NCBI GenBank assembly: GCA_002269645.1
Contig: NIVC01002101.1
Location: 1 to 64,000 of the forward strand
Source: Macrostomum lignano
Taxonomy: Eukaryota
Direction of reading: 5' to 3'
Length of the DNA: 64,000 nucleotides
Shown: piece after piece, positions 54,178 to 64,000 of the stretch
Layout: each line of letters begins with the position of its first letter
How positions within the stretch are numbered: the first letter of the stretch is position 1
Translations under genes and position numbers: made by a program
The notes under the pieces: model-generated
Told to the model about the DNA's origin: nothing
The model's database searches: none
What the model saw: the letters and a program-made list of their open reading frames with translations, nothing else

Positions 54178-55012
54178 CTCTGCCTGTCTGTCTGTTTGTC
54201 TGCCTGTCTGCCTGTCTGCCTGTCAGCCCGGCAGGAAAAATAATTGTCCTAGCAAAGTCAGCAATTCTGCCAACTGTGCCACTACGCTACTACTATTCCA
54301 ATTGGCACATTTTTAATTTTTGTTCAACTGTCCTTTGGCACAGTTGACACAGTTATGATGCAATTATACTAATCAGCATATTTATTACTGTGTTAAACAG
54401 AACAAATGACAATTGTGTCTGTCTGTCTCAATCACTTCCCCTGTAACCCTCTCCCAGGTGATGAATCACCTGACCCAGCAGCACAAGAGCATCACGACCC
54501 TGCAGGGAGAGGACATCATCTTCCTGGCCACAGACATCAACCTGCCAGGCGCAGTGGACTGGGTGATGATGCAGAGCTGCTTCGGCTACAACTTCATGCT
54601 GGTGCTGGAGAAGCAGGAGCGCAGCTTGGAGAACCAGGTGATGTTCTACGCCATTGTGCAGCTCATCGGCAATCGCAAACAGGCGGACCAGTTCGCCTAC
54701 CGGTTGGAGCTCAACGGCCAGCGCCGCCGGCTCACCTGGGAGGCGACGCCGCGGTCAATTCACGACGGCGTGCAGGCGGCCATCGCCAACTCGGACTGCC
54801 TGGTGTTCGACTCCAACATCGCCTCTCTGTTCGCTGAGACTGGCAACCTGGGCATCAGCGTCACCATTAGTATGGCCGGCCACTCAGCCAGCAGCCCCAA
54901 TCAGCATCAGCTGCTTCATCAGCATCAGCATCATCAAGCTCAGAATTCTTCGTCATCCTGCTCTTCGGCTTCGTCAATGACTCAACAGGGAGGCCAGTCG
55001 TTGCCTATTTGA
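53103..55012 (+). CDS. SIAH: Seven-in-absentia E3 ubiquitin ligase, ~389 aa
   Basis: join(53103..53717,54458..55012). RING CPVC...[13 protein letters not shown], two zinc fingers, TRAF-like SBD ([27 protein letters not shown]...[15 protein letters not shown]). Confidence 0.97.
53726..54225. repeat. (TCTG)n microsatellite in the SIAH intron
   Basis: About 120 tetramers. Confidence 0.98.
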
Positions 55013-55449
55013 ATCATCACTAAAGTACATTATTTTTAGCCTTAATATGATGTAAACGCAGGCGTGTGTACAAAGATGAGAGAGATAAAAGCCATTCCTT
55101 TGTGTGCTCACTGTTGTGTGTTCACCTCGGACAGTCGGAGATTTTCGTTGCAGGACTGGTGGAATCGCTTTGTACAGATTTCTAGCAGGAAACGAGTCAG
55201 TAGTTGCGTGCCCGGCTCTTGGCGAAGTCTTGGGCAACTGTACATTTCGTCAGTGAAGTGGAGGCTGCACACGACGGCACATGCCCACTTGTGCTCGTGG
55301 CTTTACCAAGCAGGTCGGCTCTGTAGAGTCGGCGCGCCCATTCTTCGCATCTTGGACCATCGATTTATTTGGAGCGGCCAAGAGGGGTATAAATCTGAGG
55401 AACGCAGGCAACTAAGCTGAGTTATTATACACTATGCATCAAGTATATA

Positions 55450-55590
55450 ATCATGGATGTTTAATGCGCATTCTAGGGTTAGAAAGTCCGAGGCTGCAGT
55501 TGTTGGTCTCGAGGCGAGCGAAGCGAGCCGAGGACCATTAAGTGTGGCCGAGGACTTTCTACCATAGAATGCGCATTAAACTACCGTGAT
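55450..55590. repeat. Imperfect inverted repeat (~40-bp arms) upstream of the Crypton-like ORF
   Basis: ATCATGGATGTTTAATGCGCATTCTAGGGTTAGAAAGTCC versus GGACTTTCTACCATAGAATGCGCATTAAACTACCGTGAT. Confidence 0.85.
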
Positions 55591-55798
55591 CTTATATGAA
55601 ATCCGAATTGCTTATTTTTGTAGCTTCTCTTGAGCCGGGCCGAATGCGGTGCAGTCAGTCGGCAAAGCCCCGACTGGGGGTGTGGGGGCGAAGCCCCACA
55701 TTGGAACCATAGACAAATTTTCCATAAATTTAAGACAGTACTAGCTAGACGAAATCCGAATTACTTTCTTTCGTAGCTTTCTCTTGAACCACACCGCG

Positions 55799-56257
55799 AT
55801 GGAAGAAGAATTTGATAGCGACAACTTTTTTAATTTTTTCGATCCAGCCCCTGCTGGAAATGTAGTTCCGCCGCCCCTCGGAAACGCTAAAACACTGCCG
55901 ACCAAACCTAGCTCTCGTTTCGGTGAGTTGCTTGATGAGACCGCTTTGGAGCGCAGAATGCTAGAGAGTTTACCTGAGTCTACACGAGCAAAAGAAAAGT
56001 GGGCGATGAATGTGTTCCGGACGTGGAAGAAGAATCGTGTCCAACTGCAAATGCAAGGCCGTCTGTCAGGACTCGCGGTGATTAAGCCTGTCGAAGAGCT
56101 TACAAAGAATGAGATCAACGAACTGTTGCAATTCTTCGTTTTTGAGGTGAGGAAGGAGAATGGCGAAAAATATCCGCCGGGAACTCTGAAAAACTTGGTG
56201 TCGATGATCAAACTATCGTTCAAACTGCTTTCATTTAGGGACCATCAAATCATTTGA
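55799..56257 (+). mobile_element. Crypton-type tyrosine recombinase N-terminal (core-binding) fragment, DUF3504/ZMYM/QRICH1/KCTD1-related
   Basis: LPESTRAKEKWAMNVFRTW...ELTKNEINELLQFFVFEVRKENGEKYPPGTLKNLV matches the P.nT...WA...F..W / L..F..EVRK.dG..YpP.TL signature; the ORF stops before any catalytic domain. Confidence 0.75.
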
Positions 56258-57523
56258 TGGTCTCCATTTGCCTGGAATTATAGCACTTTAAACCATAGAC
56301 TAGGCTTTCTTGGCTCAGAATGAGCCCAATAAATGTCAATAAAATAAGTAATCGGATTTTATATAGATAGGATAGATGGCCACAAAGACAAGCGAAAAAC
56401 ATCGTCTATGGCAAAATCGATCTCAATACACTCGGGTTGATGAAAAAAAGCCAGCACTACTCACAAATCACTTCACCTTAGAAGTAGCGTAGCTAGCGAA
56501 TAGTTTTTGTCTCAAAAATGTTTCGCAGGGAGCTTGATTGAGCATTCTGGTGTATTCTGTGGTAACAATGTTACATTTTGTATGCTAATGTAGATGTAAT
56601 CTGGATATTACACAATTGATGCTATGATCTTGAATATTTTTAATTCCCAAATACTGACCGACGAGAGTTTTATATTGTGTTTGCCGATTAAGCTGTTTTG
56701 TTAATTTTTGTCTATTTTTTGTGTGGATTATTGAATATTCTCTCCCCTTTTAATGCACAGTATGCGTCTTTCTCTGTGCACAAGCAAGTGATTTGTCTCA
56801 CTGATTGTCAACAGGTTTCAATTTAGTAAACAATTGGACTTACAGAATTCCTTACCTAAAATAGTAGCTACGTGTGTTTCAGCTACTAACAGTAATATAA
56901 ATTTTGATTAAGTTGAACGAATCCTCGGAAAGCAATTTCTATCTACTTTTCGTAATAATAGAGAAATGTTGAACAAATTATGACAATGTTATGAATGACT
57001 TACTATTCAATATTCCATTGTGTGAGTAGTTTGTGCTTTAATTATCCAATTTAGAATATGTCTTCATATTTTCTTTTTGTGATTCTCCTTTAACAATTGT
57101 TTAGTTTAAATATACAGTGGGTCAGGCGATTCCAGGCTCGAGTCTAGGACCAGTCTAGGGCCTAACGGTTACTCAAATGCATGGTAGTTACCTGTCTGGT
57201 GTACTTCTCTCATAATTTGTACAGTTTTTATCAGAACTTTTAGTTGGGACTGCCGAGTATTGCTAAAATATTTTTATTCCGATTGTTTACGAGCGGTTAT
57301 TTTGTTAATTATAACTAACTTGCTGGCACTGCAGTGTCAACTTTACTGCTCTGTCTGTATGCAATAAATTAATGTTTGAGTTTCTACTCAACTACTGCGT
57401 TCCTAGTTCTACTCATATGTTTTTATCTTTAATTAAGCATTATTTAGTTCTATTAAAGGTTTTAATAGCTTAATTACCACTAGTCCTAAAAGTAAAGCTA
57501 TCCAACTCTTAAAAATTGCCCCT

Positions 57524-58548
57524 ATCCTACCCTTCGAATCGCCCCTATCCTACCCTAAGAATCGCCCCTATCCTACCCTGAGAATCGCCCTTATCCTACC
57601 CTGAGAATCGCCCTTATCCTACCCTGAGAATCGCCCTTATCCTACCCTGAGAATCGCCCTTATCCTACCCTGAGAATCGCCCCTATCCTACCCTGAGAAT
57701 CGCCACTATCCTACCCTGAGAATCGCCCTTATCCTACCCTGAGAATCGCCCTTATCCTACCCTGAGAATCGCCCTTATCCTACCATGAGAATCGCCCCTA
57801 TCCTACCCTGAGAATCGCCACTATCCTACACTGAAAATCGCCACTATCCTACCCTGAGAATCATCGCCCCTACCCGCTTAAGAATCGCTCTTACCAGTTC
57901 AAAAATCTTCCCTTCCAGCTCAAGAATCGCCCCTACCCGATCAAGAATCGCCCCTACCCGATCAAGAATCGCCCCTACCCGATCAAGAATCGCCCCTACC
58001 CGCTCAAGAATCGCCCCTACCCGATCAAGAATCGCCCCTACCCGCTCAAGAATCGCCCCTACCCGATCAAGAATCGCCCCTACCCGATCAAGAATCGCCC
58101 CTACCAGCTCAAGAATCGCCCCTACCCGATCAAGAATCGCCCCTACCCGCTCAAGAATCGCCCCTACCCGATCAAGAATCGCCCCTACCTGCTCAAGATC
58201 TCCCATACCCGATCAAGAATCGCCCCTACCCGATCAAGAATCTCCCATACCCGATCAAGAATCGCCCCTACCCGATCAAGAATCGCCCCTACCCGATCAA
58301 GAATCGCCCCTACCCGATCAAGAATCGCCCCTACCCGCTCAAGAATCGCCCCTACCCGATCAAGAATCGCCCCTACCCGATCAAGAATCGCCCCTACCAG
58401 CTCAAGAATCGCCCCTATCCGATCAAGAATCGCCCCTATCCGATCAAGAATCACCCCTACCCGCTCAAGAATCGCCCCTACCAGCTGAAGAATTGCCCCT
58501 ATCCGATCAAGAATCGCCCCTACCAGTTCAAGAATCGCCCCTACCCGC
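57524..58548. repeat. Minisatellite switching from a 23-bp unit (GAGAATCGCCCTTATCCTACCCT) to a 21-bp unit (AAGAATCGCCCCTACCCGATC)
   Basis: Two related arrays joined at ~57860-57920; ends ~14 nt before the CC2D1 ATG. Confidence 0.97.
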
Positions 58549-58562
58549 CTCCCGCCTGCAGC

Positions 58563-61500
58563 ATGGCGGGCCGCAAGCCCACCAAGAATGAGATGACGGC
58601 CAACCTGCTGGGCGGCCTGGGCCTGAACTCTCAGCAGCAGATCGAAGAGGGCCTCTACGGCCGAGTTGAAGAGGACGCGGACCTCGAGGCCGAACTGAAC
58701 GACCTGCTCGGCGGTGGTAACAGCTCCACGCCGTCGCCAGAGAAGCGCCGAGCACCTGCTGCCGCCGCCGCCGCGAAGGCCAAGACGCGGCCCCTGGCTG
58801 CTGCTGCCGATGACGATCTGCCGGACGATGAGGACATCGACGTTGATGAGAATGATCCCGAACTGCTTAATGAGCTTCAGGTACGGGTTATGGAATAACT
58901 CAAGTGTGCGTTGGATTGAGTAGAGACAGACCACCACCCCTCAGTTTCTCTCTGTCAACTACACGAGTACAAGTCGGCAGCCAATGCTGTGGCTCAATAA
59001 TCATGTCTGCATACATTTTCAATAGAGCTTCGGCTTCACACGAGTGGAACTCCTCCTTCGGAGGAGAAAGGGGATTAGGGGAAGAACTCCCATTACCGGA
59101 ACTATATTCCCTGAAATCCATCAGCTGAAATTCCATGACTTAAATCCCATCTTCCAAATCGTCTCCAATTCCTATACGAAACGTTTTCAAATACCATATC
59201 CTAATTTCCCTGTTTGCTCCAGACCCAGCCTCCTGTCTGCTCTCTCCTCTTTGCTCTCTCATCTCTCATCTCTCCTCTCTGCGCTCTCATCTTGATCCTA
59301 TTCTTTCTCCTCGTTACTTTCTCCTCTCTATTCTCGTATCTCTCTCATCTATCTGATCTTTCATCTCTCGTCTCTCTCCTCTCTCCTCACTCCTCTCTCC
59401 TATTTCCTCTGTACTCTTTTATCCCTCCTCTCCTCTCTCCTGCTCTCGTTTCTTCCCTCTACTCTCTATTCTCTCTCCTCTTCTCTTCTCTCTCCCTCTT
59501 CATTCCCACCTCACTCCCCTCTTCTCTCCCATCTGTCATCTCTAATCACTTTACTCTCTTTTCTATCATCTCTCCTCTTTTCTGTTTTTACTCCTCTCTA
59601 CTCTCTTATCTAGCTAACTGAAGGTGCTCGACAATAAAACCAATTGAAATTTGTTACCCGCCTCCTCCATTACTGAAATTACTGAAATAATAACTTGAAT
59701 GGGCGTATGCAAACCCCCCCCCCCAACTTTATCTCTGACCTATCACAAAAATGACTACAATCATTACAATCAAATTTTCTTCATGAAACTAAAATCCATC
59801 AAAAATCCTCTCAGTGAAACCGTAAAAATCATCGAGATCCTCTCCGTTAAACCGAACTCCATCAAATTTTCTTAATGAAACTGATTTTCATTAAAAATAT
59901 CCTCCGTTAAACAACTATCTAATTATATCAATATCATTTCCGTCAATCAAGACTGTTAAATTGAAATCAATAAAAAGATGCATGCTTTCTACTTTTAAAG
60001 TAACGGTTATGATAGTCTGTGGGAAAAATCCATGGAGGAAAGAATAGAATGGAGTGCTAATCTGAGCCAGTTATTTTTTATCTCGTTCGATCTGAACTTT
60101 TAACATCCCTTTCCCCCCGTTCTTTCCTATTGGCTCGTGACTGCCATAGACAAAGTATTTTTCGTCTCGTTTTCGCTTTTGTTCCCCTCTGAAAGGTCTG
60201 TCCCAGCATAGTATGAGCTCGCATCAAAATATGCTTTCAGCCAATAGGAAGGAACGGGGGGGAAAGGGATGTTAAAAGCGAAAATCGAGCGAGATAAAAA
60301 TAACTGGCTCAGATTAGCACTCCATTCTATTCTTTCCTCCATGGAAAAATCATGGTAGACAGACATCCACTGGAGAGGCAGAGGGGCCAAAGATGGTTAT
60401 TGAGGGTCAAAAAAGTCTAGGAGTTCAATTGCACTCAATTTAAGAATTTGAAGTGAGCATGGCCACATTGGCTGCAAGTGGCGGCTGGCAGAGATGTCTA
60501 TGGTAAAAAATGGGGGTCTCGCTGTGGGCCGAAACCGTTTTAGCGTTCAGTTTGAGAACCATAGACTTTGCCTTTGTTCATGTTAGAGACCTTTCATCTT
60601 TGATCGCTGTTCGATCCTTCCTGCGATCTGTCTGTCAGTTAAATTGTTATTTCAACTCAGCGCGATCTTAAATTGAACGCAAGTTTTCTGAACTTGAACG
60701 CAAAAAGCTAGTAAGATAGAGAACTTGATAAATCAACAGAATTCGAAACAGATGTCAATCTTAAGGCGGCACTTTGTAATGCTTTAGGACACATCGAGAC
60801 ATGATGATACGCAGTAGGGCACATTCAGTCCTTGGACCCCCTCCCCCCAGTCCTTGGACTACTTGGTCAATATAAACAAATTAACCAGAGTGACACAGCT
60901 TGTACTTCTGGGACACCCTCGTATATTTCATGCCACAGGCCTACCTGGGCGGTAGTTCGCCATCACCTGGCCGCTCGCCTTCAAAGTCGCCGCAGCCACC
61001 GCCACCGCCGCGGCAGCCTTCGCCGCCGAAGCCGGACCTGTCCGCTCTGATTTCCGAACGCCTCGCCGGCTACCAGCGCCTGCTGGCCGCCACCGAAGAC
61101 CCGTCGAAACGACGCCGGTTGGAGCGCAACGTGCAGACGTTGAACTCAGCCATGACTGATGCTCGCAGCGGTCGCCCTGTTGACGTGGACTCACTGCCGC
61201 CCCAGCCTCCGAAGCCCCCGCAGCCGTCTCAGCCGCAGTCTCAGGCGGCCAAAGTGCAGCAGGCGGTGCTGGATTATGTCAACCCGGGCCCGGCGGCGCC
61301 GCCTGCCGCTTCAACTGGCGTGGGCGGCCCGAAGATGGTGGCCCTGCTTGAGCAGCGGTCTCGTGAGTACCGCGCGGCCGCCGCTGCCGCAAAATCCGCT
61401 GGCCAGACCGATGAGGCGCTCGAGCTGCTCCGCGTGCACCGCCAGTTCGACGAGGCGGTCAAGGCCGTTCAAGGCGGCGAAACTGTCGATCCCGACGACG

Positions 61501-63747
61501 TGCCCGGACCTCCGCCGCCGCTGACACCGAAGCCACCGGCCCCTCAAGCAGCTCAGCCGCCTCAGCAGCAGCAGCAGCAGCAACCGGCTGCTCAACCTGC
61601 GGCAGCGAAACCCAGCGCCTCTGGCGGGGGCCTCGCCGGGGAGCTGGCGGCCCGCCAGGCGGCCTACAAGCAGCTGCAGACGAAGGCGCAGGAGGCCGGT
61701 GACTCCGGCAAGGCCCGGCGCATGGGCCGCATTCTGTCGCAGTACGCTGAGGCTGTCGCAGCCGTGCGAGCGGGCGGTCCGACTGCCGCAGGCTACGACT
61801 TCTCCTCTCTGCCGCCTCCGCCTGGCTTTGGCCCGCTGCCAGCCGCCACTCCGGCTGCTGCCGCAAAACCTGCCGGATCGTCTGGAGCGTCTGCTGGCGC
61901 CGCTGCCGCCGCAGCAGCAACAGCCATGGGCGGCAAGGCGGGCGCCCAGCTGCGGGTGCTGATGCAGCGACAGCAGCAGTATAAACTGGCCGCTGTTCAG
62001 GTGAGAGCCTGGCCTACAGTATTGGTGTACTTTTGTCTGCTCAGGCATGCTCAGGGCTAGTTATAGTTAGAGGCAGGGGGCTTGGCGCACTTTAAGTGGC
62101 ATTGCCACACAACCGGCGAGAGGCATTGCTGCCCATTCCGCCGACTCCCCTGAGCAGGCACACAAGCGCGCGGATACGTATGCAGTCATACGCACAGGCA
62201 CACACTGTCACACAGGAGTGTACAGCGGCCCTAACTTTACTTTATCGTTATAGACATGCAGATTTCACTGAGCCTTGGGGTTGGCCCTCAAGGACATCTA
62301 TTTTCACGAGCAGAGCCAAGCCGAGATTCTAATTTAGCTTCATATTAATGTGACTGCACTTGGAATCGAGCCTGGGCCGTTGGCACATACGCTTACAACA
62401 AGTCTCTATTCAGCCCTGCTTTTTTACAGCCTGTATCTAGAATCCACCTGGAATCTGTAGCGACTCTACAGCAAGCGAAACCCGTTGCGTATTACTATCA
62501 GTAGCAAAATTGGTTTCAGGCTAAGCGAACTGGCGACATGGCCACCGCCAAGCGAATGCTGGGCTACGCCAGAGGCTGCGAACCGATGCTGCAGGCTGCT
62601 CAAGCTGGCATGCCTGTTGACCTGGCTCAGCTGCCTCCTCTGCCTGGCGAATCTGCCGCTCCGGCTGCCGCTGCCCCCGCCCCCGCCGCTGCGCCATCCG
62701 CTGCTGTCATCTGCGAAGTGTCCGAGCTGCCCAAGGAGCTGCAGGGCAACGCTTTGAAAGATCCCGAGGCGGTGTACGACGCGCTGGAGAAGACGCTCAA
62801 GGTATCTCATCGCTTTTGTACTTGTTATGCAGGCCTGAAGCTTGCAACCTCTGCTTTTAAAAGACTCAATACACCCTTGACCTTCTCTGCTTTGTCCTCT
62901 GGCATTTGATTCTGTTTTAGTCACCCACTTCCTGATTTATTATTCGCAAAAGTGATTGTACTCCTATTTCTCTCTCCCTCTCACCCTCCCCTGTCCCCTC
63001 CCCTCTCCTCTGTATCCCCTGTCTCCTCCCCTCTCCTCTCTATCCCCTGTCTCCTCCCCTCTCCTCTCACCCTCCCCTGTCCCCTCCCCTCTCCTCTAAT
63101 CCTCTCCTCTCGCCCTCTCTTCTCTCACTCTCTCTATCGTCTCTCCATTAAAAGTATCGTCTTACCGCAACAAGAATCGCTAAAGAGCCATTTCTCAAGT
63201 AGACTAAATCGAGTTGTCATAAATGCGAAATGCGATTCTAATTCATAAAGTGACGTCTCAGATACTACTCAGATACGTCCTCAAAGTCGTTATGGAAACG
63301 CCCCAGAGACTCTTCATAGTTTCAGACAATAAACAGTTTCTCAAATTGGCACCAAGTGTCGTTTAAATAAAGTCACTTCTTTCCTATGTTACCTGTGCTA
63401 CCTGCAACGACTCTGAAGTTACTCTGGGACGCCTCCCCCCCCCCCGCCCCTCGCAGGAGAAGCTGGCCCTCGCCGAGGAGAACGCCAGGCGCTTCAAATC
63501 CATGGGCCAAATCACCACTGCTGACCGCTGGGCGAAGCTGGGCCGCAGCGCCACCGCAGATCTGGACTACCTGCTGGGCCAGCGCCGGCTGAAGCGGCCG
63601 CCGCCGAAGTTCAACTTCATCTGGCAGAGTGTCAGCGCAGTCAGGTGCAACCCGGATCTGGGGGAGAACACGCTTGAAGTAAAAGTGCTCAATGGCATCA
63701 GCCTGCCGCTGCCTGAAGGCTTTAAGGAGTCAGATCTGGAGACTCAG
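58563..63747 (+). CDS. CC2D1A: CC2D1A/B (lethal(2) giant discs) homologue, 3'-incomplete
   Basis: join(58563..58880,60939..62000,62520..62801,63457..63747,...), all phase 0. Acidic N-terminus (DLEAELNDLL, DENDPELLNEL), four DM14 repeats ending in VD...LPP, and the start of the C2 domain (NTLEVKVLNGISLP). Continues past the window. Confidence 0.9.
60030..60344. mobile_element. Fold-back/MITE with ~105-bp imperfect inverted arms in CC2D1 intron 1
   Basis: 60030-60135 versus the reverse complement of 60239-60344; AAAAAT on both flanks as a possible TSD. Confidence 0.8.
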
Positions 63748-63789
63748 GTACGGCATTGCTCGTCTTGCCATCCTCTCCACACGATCCTA

Positions 63790-64000
63790 GGTTTGCCATC
63801 CCCATCTCACCTGCTGGTTTGCCATCCCCCTCTCTCCTGTAGGTTTGCCATCCCCATCTCACCTGTAGGTTTGCCATCCCCATCTCACCTGTAGGTTTGC
63901 CATGCCCATCTCACCTGTAGGTTTGCCATCCCCACCCCATCTCACCTGTAAGTTTTCAATCCCCATCTCACCTGTAGGTTTGCCATTCCCATCTAACCTG
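63790..64000. repeat. 26-bp minisatellite (CCATCCCCATCTCACCTGTAGGTTTG)n, CC2D1 intron 4
   Basis: About 8 units running to the window end. Confidence 0.93.

Noticed and set aside
53718-54347. LSVC-repeat extension of the SIAH ORF
   Set aside because: Read-through into the (TCTG)n intron; the canonical donor at 53718 and acceptor at 54457 restore the SIAH sequence.
57844-58937. Minus-strand GAILDRV repeat ORFs
   Set aside because: The 21-bp minisatellite plus the antisense of CC2D1 exon 1.

Overview
Eukaryotic (invertebrate animal) genomic DNA with GT-AG introns, GC/CAG-rich exons and a very high load of micro- and minisatellites. The style resembles the flatworm Macrostomum, but that is an inference. 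Twelve protein-coding genes can be modelled, all on the + strand: LRRC72-like (7 exons), an intronless PDZ+3xLIM (Enigma/ZASP) gene, three tandem two-pore K+ channel (K2P/TWK) paralogues with identical intron positions, two intronless secreted PAN/apple + LamG/ConA-like paralogues, WDR18, ELOF1, SIAH, and the 5' part of CC2D1/lgd. Mobile DNA includes a deleted Tc1 element, three RTE-type LINE fragments, tRNA-derived CORE-like SINEs, several fold-back/MITE elements and a Crypton-like tyrosine-recombinase fragment. The strongest unexplained signal is a sharply bounded ~4.7-6.5 kb block (about 40.3/42.2-46.86 kb) almost devoid of CpG (7 counted in 4.66 kb, versus ~25/kb in nearby AT-rich DNA). 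An inverted repeat inside it records CG->CA/TG/TA decay. No rRNA, bona fide tRNA gene or CRISPR array was found.
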